NCBI GenBank assembly: GCA_934086145.1
Contig: CAKOHV010000003.1
Location: 13,451 to 77,450, forward strand
Origin: an uncultured Bacilli bacterium
GTDB lineage: Bacteria; Bacillota_I; Bacilli_A; RF39; UBA660
Length of the DNA stretch: 64,000 nt
Reading direction: 5' to 3'
The notes under the pieces are model-generated. The model ran no database searches and was not told the DNA's origin. It worked only from the letters and a program-made list of their open reading frames with translations. A program made the position numbers and the translations under genes. Each line of letters opens with the position of its first letter. Position 1 is the stretch's first letter. Positions 1 through 8,195 of this stretch are shown in pieces.

Positions 1-539
1 AGTATGCTGATGGTCATGTGGAAAATATGGGTTTTTGTAATGATAATATTAAGGAATTTTATCGAAGAAGGTTATTAGAACAAGTTCAGAAGTATGTGGA
101 ACCATACATCAAGGAAGTTGGAAGAGTAGCTTTTCGTGCTTACATTCAAAAATATGGCTTAATAATTGCCGAATTAGTTGAAATATATGCTTTATATAAT
201 GTAGATATTCATATTGTTATGAAACTTATTTTAGGAGTCTTTTTAACTTTCATTAATGGAATTATGGTTTTAGCTGCTGTTGGGGATCTTTTACTTATAG
301 GAGATACGGTAGGTGAGGCTTTCGCTCTTGAATACTATGCAAATAATCATGCGGATTTTACGTATGTTGATGAGGAAACTAATGAAACGATTAATGTTCT
401 GCCAATCGAAGAAATTTCCAAATCTAACTTAAGTCTTGAGATAGTTAAGCAAATTCATAGTTCCGTATTAGAACTTAAAGAACAAAATGCTAAAAAAATT
501 GGGGTTTTTTTAGTAAAAAAAGACAATATACGACGTTAA
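1..539 (+). CDS. hypothetical membrane-associated protein, probably 5'-truncated by the window edge
   Basis: Frame is open from base 3 with no upstream stop. Internal starts (GTG 18, ATG 27) lack a clear SD. One hydrophobic stretch (ILGVFLTFINGIMVLAAVGDLLLI). No family recognised. Confidence 0.4.
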   Translation, partial: YADGHVENMGFCNDNIKEFYRRRLLEQVQKYVEPYIKEVGRVAFRAYIQKYGLIIAELVEIYALYNVDIHIVMKLILGVFLTFINGIMVLAAVGDLLLIGDTVGEAFALEYYANNHADFTYVDEETNETINVLPIEEISKSNLSLEIVKQIHSSVLELKEQNAKKIGVFLVKKDNIRR

Positions 540-601
540 AATGCTTTTTTAGCAATGCTTTTTTTAAAGAAATGTGAGATAATACAACAGGTGGTAAAAA
601 A

Positions 602-1174
602 ATGAGTAAAATAGAAAACTTTATTGTTGAATTAAGTTATATAAAAGATGAAAAAGTAAGAGATTCTTTAGAAATTATGATTAATAAAATTCCTGATTAC
701 TTTTTTACAATTGCAGCAAGTAGTACGGGAAAATATCATCCTAAGTATGCAACTGGGGATGGGGGATTACTTAGACATACAAAGGCAGCTGTTAGAATGG
801 CTGAAGAGTTATTTGGTATATATAAATTTCCTGATCATACAAAAGATTTAATTATAATGGCGTTAGTCTTGCATGATAGTTTAAAAAAAGGAATGGTTGA
901 AGAAAAATATGTTCGTTTTGACCATCCGCTATTAGCAGCAGATTTTGTTCGAAATAATGCCGCAGAATTGAAAATTTCTAAGGAAGATGTTGAATTTGTC
1001 GCTGATGCTATTTCTTCACATATGGGAAGGTTTAACACGAGTGATTATAGTGATGTTATATTGCCTTTACCAAAAACGCCCGAACAAAAATTTGTTCATA
1101 TGTGTGATTACTTAGCAAGTCGAAAAGTTATTAAAGTTGAATTTGATAGCGAAAATAACATTATTGATGATTAA
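602..1174 (+). CDS. HD-domain metal-dependent phosphohydrolase
   Basis: GGTGG SD upstream of the ATG. H...HD signature (GKYHP, LVLHDSLKKG, SSHMG). Followed by an intrinsic terminator. Confidence 0.7.
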   Translation: MSKIENFIVELSYIKDEKVRDSLEIMINKIPDYFFTIAASSTGKYHPKYATGDGGLLRHTKAAVRMAEELFGIYKFPDHTKDLIIMALVLHDSLKKGMVEEKYVRFDHPLLAADFVRNNAAELKISKEDVEFVADAISSHMGRFNTSDYSDVILPLPKTPEQKFVHMCDYLASRKVIKVEFDSENNIIDD

Positions 1175-1185
1175 AAAATAAAGAT

Positions 1186-1210
1186 CCTAGGTTTTGACCT
1201 AGGTTTTTTT
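1186..1210 (+). terminator. intrinsic terminator
   Basis: CCTAGGT / ACCTAGG 7-bp stem with a 4-nt loop, followed by T7. Confidence 0.75.
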
Positions 1211-1262
1211 TGGTTCCATAAAATCAATCTAACATAAACTATATTAGTTAGGAGATTTATTT

Positions 1263-1973
1263 ATGATGGTATTATTAGTATTGTTAATTCCTTTTATGGG
1301 AACTTGTCTTGGGGCCTTGGCGATATATGTTGTCCATAAAAATTTGAATAAAACATTTGAAAAGATTATGTTGGGAATTGCTTCGGGAATTATGGTTGCT
1401 GCTTCAATTTGGTCTCTTTTGATACCGGCCTTAGAAACTAAATCATCAGCGATTTTTTCAGTAGTGATTGGCATTAGTTTTGGCGTTCTTTGTTTTTATT
1501 TCTTAGATTTATTGTTTTTAAATAAAAAAAATATTGATAAAACAATGTTAGCTATTACAATTCATAATGTTCCAGAAGGAATGGCAGTGGGAGTTGTTTT
1601 GGCTTCTTGTCTTTTAGGAAAGGTTTCAATTTATTCATGCTTAGCTTTGGCTTTAGGCATTGCCGTGCAGAATTTCCCAGAAGGGTTTATTGTTTCTTTT
1701 CCTTTATTAAAAAAAGGTTATTCTAAGAAAGCGTCTTTTGCTTATGGAGTAGTTTCGGCTTTTTTTGAATTGTTAGGAGCAGTTGTAACGATCCTTTTTA
1801 CAAATTTTGTGGTGTTTTTGTTACCATTTTTTCTTTCTTTTGCGGCGGGAGCAATGTTTTATGTAGTTATCTTAGAGTTGTTACCCGAAGCAAGATTAGC
1901 TAATCGGGGAGAAATATTTACTTTTATGGGTGGCTTTTTATTAATGATGGTATTAGATGTTTTATTAGGTTAG
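1263..1973 (+). CDS. ZIP-family divalent metal (zinc) transporter, ZupT-like
   Basis: AGGAG SD. Polytopic membrane protein with ZIP signatures HNVPEGMAVG and QNFPEGF. Confidence 0.8.
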   Translation: MMVLLVLLIPFMGTCLGALAIYVVHKNLNKTFEKIMLGIASGIMVAASIWSLLIPALETKSSAIFSVVIGISFGVLCFYFLDLLFLNKKNIDKTMLAITIHNVPEGMAVGVVLASCLLGKVSIYSCLALALGIAVQNFPEGFIVSFPLLKKGYSKKASFAYGVVSAFFELLGAVVTILFTNFVVFLLPFFLSFAAGAMFYVVILELLPEARLANRGEIFTFMGGFLLMMVLDVLLG

Positions 1974-2026
1974 TTTTAGTTTTTAGTAAATTATGTTAAA
2001 ATAAGATAAGAAGAGGTTGTTTGATT

Positions 2027-2896
2027 ATGGATAGATTTGAAGCAGCAAAAAAAGCTAGTATATTAGGAATAAGTGGAAATATTTTCTTGTTTATTATAAA
2101 AATTATTGTGGGATTAATATCCAATAGTCAAGCGATGCTGGCAGATGCTTTTAATAGTGCATCGGATGTCTTTAATTCGTTGATGACTTATATTGGCAAT
2201 AAAGTGGCCAGTAAAAGTGCTGATGCGGATCATAATTTAGGTCATGGTAAAGCAGAGTATATTTATTCAATGTTAATTAGTTTAACGATGATTACTGTTG
2301 CCTTAAGAATGTTAAATAGTTCTTTTTTTTCATTATTTAAAACTAATGAATATCATTTTAGTATTTGGTTAATTATTGTTTGTTTAGTAACAATTGTAAC
2401 TAAGTTAGGTTTATATATGTATACGAAAAGGATTGGACAAAAGAGTAATAATTTATTAGTTGAAGCTAATAGTATGGATCATCGAAATGATTGTATAGTT
2501 ACTTCTTTTAATATGTTATCAGTTATTTTGAATTTATATGGCTTTACTTATGGCGATAGTATTGTGGGTATTGGTATATCTTTATGGATTATGGTAACTG
2601 GTTTAAAAATATTTAAAGAAAGTTATGATATTTTAATGGATAAAACTATTTCTTCAGAAACGAAGGATAAGGTTTTAAAAATAATTGAAAGATATGATGA
2701 TATTATAAAGATTAATCATTTTAATGCAACGCCAGTAGGATATCGTTATCAAGTTACTTTTTCGATTTTTGTTGATGGAAATTTATCAACGTTTGCTAGT
2801 CATGAAATTGCTAATTGTTTAGAAAAAGAAATAGCGGAAAAAATTCCCGAAATATATTTAACGGTTATTCATGTGAATCCGGCAGTAAAAGAATAA
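2027..2896 (+). CDS. cation diffusion facilitator (CDF) family metal efflux transporter
   Basis: TM domain with ADAFNSASDV and HNLGHGKAEY motifs plus a cytoplasmic C-terminal domain. ATG 2027 preferred over TTG 2021. Confidence 0.75.
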   Translation: MDRFEAAKKASILGISGNIFLFIIKIIVGLISNSQAMLADAFNSASDVFNSLMTYIGNKVASKSADADHNLGHGKAEYIYSMLISLTMITVALRMLNSSFFSLFKTNEYHFSIWLIIVCLVTIVTKLGLYMYTKRIGQKSNNLLVEANSMDHRNDCIVTSFNMLSVILNLYGFTYGDSIVGIGISLWIMVTGLKIFKESYDILMDKTISSETKDKVLKIIERYDDIIKINHFNATPVGYRYQVTFSIFVDGNLSTFASHEIANCLEKEIAEKIPEIYLTVIHVNPAVKE

Positions 2897-2942
2897 TACG
2901 AGAGAGGTTTTTTGTGGTACAATAAGTGACGGAGGTTTGTTT

Positions 2943-3308
2943 ATGAAAATATATAAATGTGAACATTGTGGAACAATAATTGAAGTTTTGGAAGGAAAAG
3001 ATATCCATATTAAATGTTGTGGGGAAGAAATGATAGAAGTTTCTTTGCAAAAAAAAGGCGTAGGTGAGCAAAAACATCTACCAGTTTGTGATGTTGATGA
3101 GGAAACGGTTTATGTTAGAGTTGGTGAAGAAAGTCATCCAATGGAGGAAAATCATTATATAAAATGGATTATGGCTGTATATACTGATTCTGTAATTAAA
3201 TATGATTTGAAACCAGGAGATGAACCAGAAGCGGTTTTTGATTATGAAAAAGGAATGAAAATATATGCTTATTGCAATTTACATGGTTTATGGAGTAAAG
3301 AAATTTAA
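2943..3308 (+). CDS. dfx: desulfoferrodoxin (two-iron superoxide reductase)
   Basis: GGAGG SD. N-terminal desulforedoxin cysteines (CEHCG ... CCGEEM). Centre II ligand motifs (KHLPV, NHYIKW, CNLHGLW). Extended -10 TGgTACAAT at 2915-2923. Confidence 0.85.
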   Translation: MKIYKCEHCGTIIEVLEGKDIHIKCCGEEMIEVSLQKKGVGEQKHLPVCDVDEETVYVRVGEESHPMEENHYIKWIMAVYTDSVIKYDLKPGDEPEAVFDYEKGMKIYAYCNLHGLWSKEI

Positions 3309-3322
3309 GAGATAGGTTAAAG

Positions 3323-3703
3323 ATGTTAAATAAAAAGGCGCAATTAATAATTGATAAAAAGTTAGATGCTTTAAAACTTAGTAAATTTCGAAGTGGCTTT
3401 AAGTTGCGTAAGAAGGAAATCGCTTATACTAAGGAAAAAGGAATGGATCTAATTAAGAGTCATGCTTATGATTTTATTGAAAAGAAATTGGCTCCTGCCT
3501 ATCCAGAAAATGATGGGGCACAGACACCGATGAAAAATCACCCAGTTTTTATAGCGCAACATGCTACAGCTACGTGTTGTCGTGGTTGCTTAGAAAAGTG
3601 GCATCATATACCTAAAGGACAAGAATTGACTCGAGAACAACAAAATTATGTTGTTGCTTTGATTATGAATTGGATCAAACGGGAAATGGCTAATAAGAGG
3701 TGA
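3323..3703 (+). CDS. DUF4186-family protein
   Basis: From memory of the family: SKFRSGF near the N-terminus and HPVFIAQHATATCCRGCLEKWH core. Function unknown. Confidence 0.55.
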   Translation: MLNKKAQLIIDKKLDALKLSKFRSGFKLRKKEIAYTKEKGMDLIKSHAYDFIEKKLAPAYPENDGAQTPMKNHPVFIAQHATATCCRGCLEKWHHIPKGQELTREQQNYVVALIMNWIKREMANKR

Positions 3704-3708
3704 GGAAA

Positions 3709-4797
3709 ATGGCTAATAATATATTTAATTATCTTGAAACATATGGTAAAACGAGTGTTTCTGAAAAGGAATATAATGATATTGATTATGTTATTTTTTC
3801 ACAATTATCCTATTTGGATTTAGGTAATATTGTAGCTAAAGACTATGTAAATCTTAATGATTGCTTAAAAAAATTCTTGAAAGATTTAAATTATAAAGAG
3901 TTTTTAAAAAAAGGACTTGATCAAAAAAATTTATATCGTCTAGTACTTAATATAGTAGATAAGAAAAGGTATCAAGATATTCTAATTGGCAATTATATTT
4001 ATAAAATTACCAATGAGGAAATGTTTTGTGCTTTTACTTTAAAATTAGGTGATGGTAGTAAGTATATTTGTTATGAAGGAACAGATAATAATTTATCTGG
4101 TTGGGAAGAAAATTTTAATTTGTGTTATCAATATCCGGTTGCTTCGCAGATTGATGCAATTAATTATTTGAATCGAAATGTTGGTCTTTTTGATAAAAAA
4201 GTTGTAGTCGGAGGTCACTCAAAAGGTGGCAATATGGCTTTGGTAGCGGCTATGAATGCAAATATTATTGCTAAGATAAAAGTGGTGAAGGTATATAATT
4301 TAGATGGACCAGGTTTATTAAAGGCGCAAATTGAATCAAAAAAATATAAAAGAATGGAACCAAAGTTAGTACATATTGTACCTAATTATTCGTTAATTGG
4401 TTTACTTTTACGTCATGGAGATAATTATCGCGTTGTTAAAGCTAATCGAAAAGATATTTTTGCTCATTCTCCTTTTTATTGGGAAGTTAAGGATGATCAC
4501 TTTGTTGATGCTAATTTAAGTAAACTAAGTACTAATTTAGATAAAAGTATTAGTTTATGGTTGGATAATCATACGCTTATTGAACGAGAAAAGATATGTA
4601 AAGCTATTTTTAAATTATTAAAAGACGTGGGAATTAAGACACTATTAGAAACGACAAAGTTAAAAAATATTATATCAATTGTCAAGAAAAGTAAAAATGT
4701 TGATGCTGAAAGTAAAGAATTATTCTTAAATTTTGTGAAGTTTAATGTTGTTTACTGCTTAGAAAATAGAAAATTAAATGATGAAAAAACAGATTAG
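3709..4797 (+). CDS. Mbeg1-like/DUF2974 alpha/beta-hydrolase-fold protein (lipase-like)
   Basis: GAGGTGAGG SD before ATG 3709 (the track start 3700 is GTG). YEGTDNNLSGWEENF and the nucleophile elbow GGHSKGGN. Confidence 0.55.
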   Translation: MANNIFNYLETYGKTSVSEKEYNDIDYVIFSQLSYLDLGNIVAKDYVNLNDCLKKFLKDLNYKEFLKKGLDQKNLYRLVLNIVDKKRYQDILIGNYIYKITNEEMFCAFTLKLGDGSKYICYEGTDNNLSGWEENFNLCYQYPVASQIDAINYLNRNVGLFDKKVVVGGHSKGGNMALVAAMNANIIAKIKVVKVYNLDGPGLLKAQIESKKYKRMEPKLVHIVPNYSLIGLLLRHGDNYRVVKANRKDIFAHSPFYWEVKDDHFVDANLSKLSTNLDKSISLWLDNHTLIEREKICKAIFKLLKDVGIKTLLETTKLKNIISIVKKSKNVDAESKELFLNFVKFNVVYCLENRKLNDEKTD

Positions 4798-4800
4798 CTC

Positions 4801-5811
4801 TTAATCTGTTTTTTTGCTGTACTCATCTTCGATATTACCAACGATTTCTTCAACGGCATCTTCGATAGTTAGAATGCCGATGAAAATATTTTTATCTGTA
4901 ATAATGGAGAAGGTTTCTTGATTTTCTTGCATGATGCGAAAGATATCATCGATTTTCTCATTCTTCTTAAAAATGCAAGTTTGGTGAATAATGTCTTTTA
5001 TTTGCAATTCTTTATTGTCTTGATGATAATATATAAAATCTTTAATATTGATAAAACCAAGAATATTTTCATCATCTAGGACAGGGAAACGAGTAAATTT
5101 AGAATTTTTAATCTTTCTTAGAACTTGTTGTTTAGTATCTTTGATATCAATATAGACGACTTTTTCACGAGGGGTCATTATTTTATTGGCGGTCTTGTTA
5201 TTGAAATTAAAAATATTTAAAATATATTCTTTTTCTTTTTCTTCGACAATACCTTGTTTAGACCCGGTAATTATTAACTTTTTGATATCTTTGGTAGTCA
5301 GAGTTTCTTCTCGTTCATGAATGTTTAAAAGGTTACAAATGAAGTTGGTCGAAAAGGTTAGTAAAATGATTAGAGGTTTACAAATAAAGGAAATGGCTGT
5401 TATTAGGTCGATTGTCAGATATGCTACTTTTTCTGGCTTAGAACGACCGATCTTTTTAGGAACTAGTTCGCCAAAAACTAAAGTTATATATGATAAGATG
5501 AGAGTTATGGTAATCATTAGAAAAGCTTTGGTAAAGCTATCACTGATAATGTAAACGCCATAAGATATCAAGTATTCGGTGAAAGTATCACTGGCAAAAG
5601 CCGAGGCCAGAAAACCGGCTAAGGTAATCCCAATTTGAATGGTTGATAAGAAGGTTGACTCATTAGCAATCATTTTTTCGATTCTTTTGGTCTTTTTGTT
5701 ACGTTTACGAGTTAAAGAATATTTATTTAAAGATAAGAAAGCTATTTCACTAGCAGATAGTATACCATTTATAAAAATTAAGATTAATAAGAAAAAGATT
5801 TTTATTATCAT
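4801..5811 (-). CDS. CNNM/DUF21 transmembrane domain plus CBS-pair protein (TlyC/hemolysin-family, putative divalent cation efflux)
   Basis: Four N-terminal TM helices with the LVFGELVPKKIG motif typical of DUF21, followed by a CBS pair. No CorC/HlyC C-terminal domain visible. Confidence 0.7.
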   Translation of the reverse strand: MIIKIFFLLILIFINGILSASEIAFLSLNKYSLTRKRNKKTKRIEKMIANESTFLSTIQIGITLAGFLASAFASDTFTEYLISYGVYIISDSFTKAFLMITITLILSYITLVFGELVPKKIGRSKPEKVAYLTIDLITAISFICKPLIILLTFSTNFICNLLNIHEREETLTTKDIKKLIITGSKQGIVEEKEKEYILNIFNFNNKTANKIMTPREKVVYIDIKDTKQQVLRKIKNSKFTRFPVLDDENILGFINIKDFIYYHQDNKELQIKDIIHQTCIFKKNEKIDDIFRIMQENQETFSIITDKNIFIGILTIEDAVEEIVGNIEDEYSKKTD

Positions 5812-5883
5812 TTAAATCACCTAGATTATTATATCATAAAGTTTTATGATAGTTGTGTTATAATAAAAGATAGTGGTGATTGA

Positions 5884-6189
5884 ATGACAATTAAAGATAT
5901 TTTTAGATATTTAGTAGGAGCTTATTATGGAATGAGCGAAATGGATGAATATGATCTAAAAGAATTTGTTCTTAATGATATTGAACAATATATTAGAAGT
6001 TTCGTTCTTGAAAATAAGCAAACAACTGTTGATTATTTAGAAGAGGCTCTGGATGTAAAAGATAATGTTAGTTTAAAAGTTAAATTACAAGATTGTTTGC
6101 TGGTATTACCAAAGGTTGAAGCTCCGCTAGAATTAATTTTATTAGTAAAAAGGCGAATTAAAAATTTAAATGATGACGATGATTTTTAG
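5884..6189 (+). CDS. hypothetical acidic protein (101 aa)
   Basis: GGTGAT SD. No recognisable family. Ends in NDDDDF. No terminator before the downstream RNA promoter. Confidence 0.45.
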   Translation: MTIKDIFRYLVGAYYGMSEMDEYDLKEFVLNDIEQYIRSFVLENKQTTVDYLEEALDVKDNVSLKVKLQDCLLVLPKVEAPLELILLVKRRIKNLNDDDDF

Positions 6190-6242
6190 AAAATATCAAA
6201 AAAGCTATTGACTAATGAATAAAATAATGATATAGTTTAGAT

Positions 6243-6620
6243 ACTTAATAGTAAAGTAAGTTTCAAATATTTAGGATGGATATTTTATAGTTGTGTATAC
6301 TTTTATAATCTGTCTTTAGTCTTAATTATTGAACTTACATGGTTGCTGGGTGATGAACTAATAACAATCAATGTTAGATTTATCTTTCATTGGTTGGACC
6401 GTTTATTCCAGCAGGATATTACTGATGGGAATCGGTTAATTAATTTTAACTTTTCTTATCTATATAAAAGGTAATATTTTGATATCTTGTCGAGCTATTA
6501 GGTATGTACGTGTATGTGGCGTTTTGGCAAGAGGCTAGCAGCTACCTGTCAATGACTGTTAGTTTGAATAATATTAAGCCACGAAGAAGGTTATTGTTTG
6601 ACAGACAATAATTTTTTTTT
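6243..6620 (+). ncRNA. candidate structured ncRNA, unit A (~380 nt), family not recognised
   Basis: -35 TTGACT 6208-6213, 17-nt spacer, extended -10 TGaTATAGT 6228-6236. No credible ORF. Long-range helix GTAAGTT 6256-6262 / AACTTAC 6332-6338. Terminator TTATTGT 6591-6597 / ACAATAA 6605-6611 plus T9. Ends are predicted, not measured. Confidence 0.55.
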
Positions 6621-6692
6621 GCCTTTTTATAAATATAATAAATTTAGAAAAAAAGTCTTGACGTAGTATGAAAAAAATGGTATATTTAAGTT

Positions 6693-7018
6693 ACTTAATA
6701 GAGAGAGTGCTTGCTAGTAATTTTATTAGTACAAAAATACTATGATTACTAGTTAAAAGGCTCAGTGATACATGCCGATATGATAGTAACTGAAATTACT
6801 CTTATTGTCATATATCACTTTATAAACAAGGGATAATAATTAATATTATTCAAAATTATTGTTTATTAATGATAATATCTTGTCAAGCTATTAAGTATAT
6901 ACGTACATGTGACGCTATTGGCAAGAGGCTTATAATTATATCTGTCAATATGTTATAAGTTTAACAATGATTATGTCACGAAAAGGATTGTGGTTTTGAC
7001 AGGCTACAGTTTTTTTTT
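6693..7018 (+). ncRNA. candidate structured ncRNA, unit B (~325 nt), paralogue of unit A
   Basis: -35 TTGACG 6658-6663, 17-nt spacer, extended -10 TGgTATATT 6678-6686. Helix CTAGTAAT 6714-6721 / ATTACTAG 6745-6752. Terminator ATTGTGG 6987-6993 / CTACAGT 7004-7010 plus T8. No credible ORF. Confidence 0.55.
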
Positions 7019-7071
7019 GCCTTAATTTTATTAAATGAAAATACTATGATATAATAAAGATGGTGGTTTTT

Positions 7072-8187
7072 ATGAATGAAAAAGAGTTTAAAAATAAAAT
7101 TTTTTTAATTACTTATGGTGTTATCTTGTTTGTCTTATTGATGAATTATAAGTGGCTTTTTAGTGCTTTTAGTGTTCTTGCTAAGGTTTTAGCGCCTTTT
7201 GTTGTTGGAATTATCTTTGCGATGATTTTAAATGTTTTGGTTAATTTCTTAGAACAAGGACTATTAAAAAAAGTTAAGAAAAATAAACGATTACTTAGTG
7301 TATTGTTGTCGTTAGTGATGGTTTTTGGTTTTATAGCATTTTTGATTTTGATATTGATTCCACAAATCAAAAATGCTGGAGAGATTTTTGTTGATAATAT
7401 TCCGGAATATCAGAAAACTATTCATGATATTGGGAAGAGTTTAGGCTTTAGTAATGATGAATTGAAAGTTTTAGAACTAGAAAATACTAATTTAAAGAAA
7501 GAAATATCAGATTATTTAACAACTAATTATGGTCGTATTTTAAATTATTCAATGGGCTTTGCTTCTTCGGTTTTCTCGGTTGTTTGTAATTTCTTTGTCG
7601 GTTTAGTTTTTGCTATTTATTTATTGATGGGCAAAGAAACGTTGTTAAATCAATTTAAGAAGTTATTACAATGTATTATGAATGATAAAGTTTATACTAA
7701 GTTTTGTGAGGTGATGAGCCTTTCTAATGCGGTTTTTTCAAGCTTTATTAAGGTCCAATTTGTAGAAGCTTTTATTTTAGGAATTTTGTGTTTGCTAGGT
7801 ATGCTCTTATTTAGATTACCTTATGCAGCGACGATATCTGTCTTAGTAGGAGTAACGGCTTTAATTCCGGTATTTGGAGCCTTTATAGGGTGCGCGGTAG
7901 GAACTTTTTTGATTTTTATGATTAAGCCTATTAAAGCGGTGACTTTTATTATATTCTTCCTTGTTTTGCAACAAATTGAAGGAAATTTTATTTATCCGCG
8001 TGTCGTTGGAGGAAAGATTGGGTTACCAGGAATCTGGGTTTTAGTAGCTGTTACGATTGGTGGTTCAGTCGGCGGAATTCTAGGAATGTTACTTGGAGTG
8101 CCTGTTCTGTCAGTGGTGTATAGTTTGGTAAGAGTTTCAGTTAATAAGAAGGTTGCTAAGAAGAGTAAGAAAAAAGAAACCCAATAA
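7072..8187 (+). CDS. AI-2E (PerM/YdiK) family transporter
   Basis: Polytopic membrane protein with the family-typical C-terminal half (QQIEGNFIYPRVVG, GLPGIWVLVAV). ATG 7072 has a GGTGG SD at 7062-7066; ATG 7060 has none. Confidence 0.75.
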   Translation: MNEKEFKNKIFLITYGVILFVLLMNYKWLFSAFSVLAKVLAPFVVGIIFAMILNVLVNFLEQGLLKKVKKNKRLLSVLLSLVMVFGFIAFLILILIPQIKNAGEIFVDNIPEYQKTIHDIGKSLGFSNDELKVLELENTNLKKEISDYLTTNYGRILNYSMGFASSVFSVVCNFFVGLVFAIYLLMGKETLLNQFKKLLQCIMNDKVYTKFCEVMSLSNAVFSSFIKVQFVEAFILGILCLLGMLLFRLPYAATISVLVGVTALIPVFGAFIGCAVGTFLIFMIKPIKAVTFIIFFLVLQQIEGNFIYPRVVGGKIGLPGIWVLVAVTIGGSVGGILGMLLGVPVLSVVYSLVRVSVNKKVAKKSKKKETQ

Positions 8188-8195
8188 AAAAAACA

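Larger units (their letters stand above)
6201..7021 (+). repeat. tandem duplication of a complete promoter-RNA-terminator unit (unit A 6201-6623, unit B 6651-7021)
   Basis: Homologous A-tract/-35/-10 blocks. Shared CTTAATAG 5' end. Alignable ~140-nt 3' modules (6481-6620 vs 6874-7018; about 48 of the first 56 aligned positions identical by hand alignment). Both end in T8-9 followed by GCC. Confidence 0.7.

Noticed and set aside
6479-6959. Possible small peptides inside the conserved 3' module of the tandem RNA units: TTG 6479 (LISCRAIRYVRVCGVLARG) in unit A, and ATG 6871 (MIISCQAIKYIRTCDAIGKRLIIISVNML) in unit B.
   Set aside because: No SD in either copy. The two copies differ by a 1-nt indel that shifts the frame. 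Substitutions fall on first and second codon positions as often as on third. The pattern fits RNA-level conservation, not protein-level conservation.
6190-7060. Whether the 870-bp gap is a known riboswitch, T-box, RNase P, tmRNA, 6S or SRP RNA, a tRNA cluster, or a CRISPR leader or array.
   Set aside because: None of the invariant blocks I know for these families is present (GGTGGTACC, GAGGAAAGTCC, tRNA T-loop GGTTCGAATCC and others). The two units are not short direct repeats with spacers. The family therefore remains unassigned rather than assigned, and a cmsearch run is still required.
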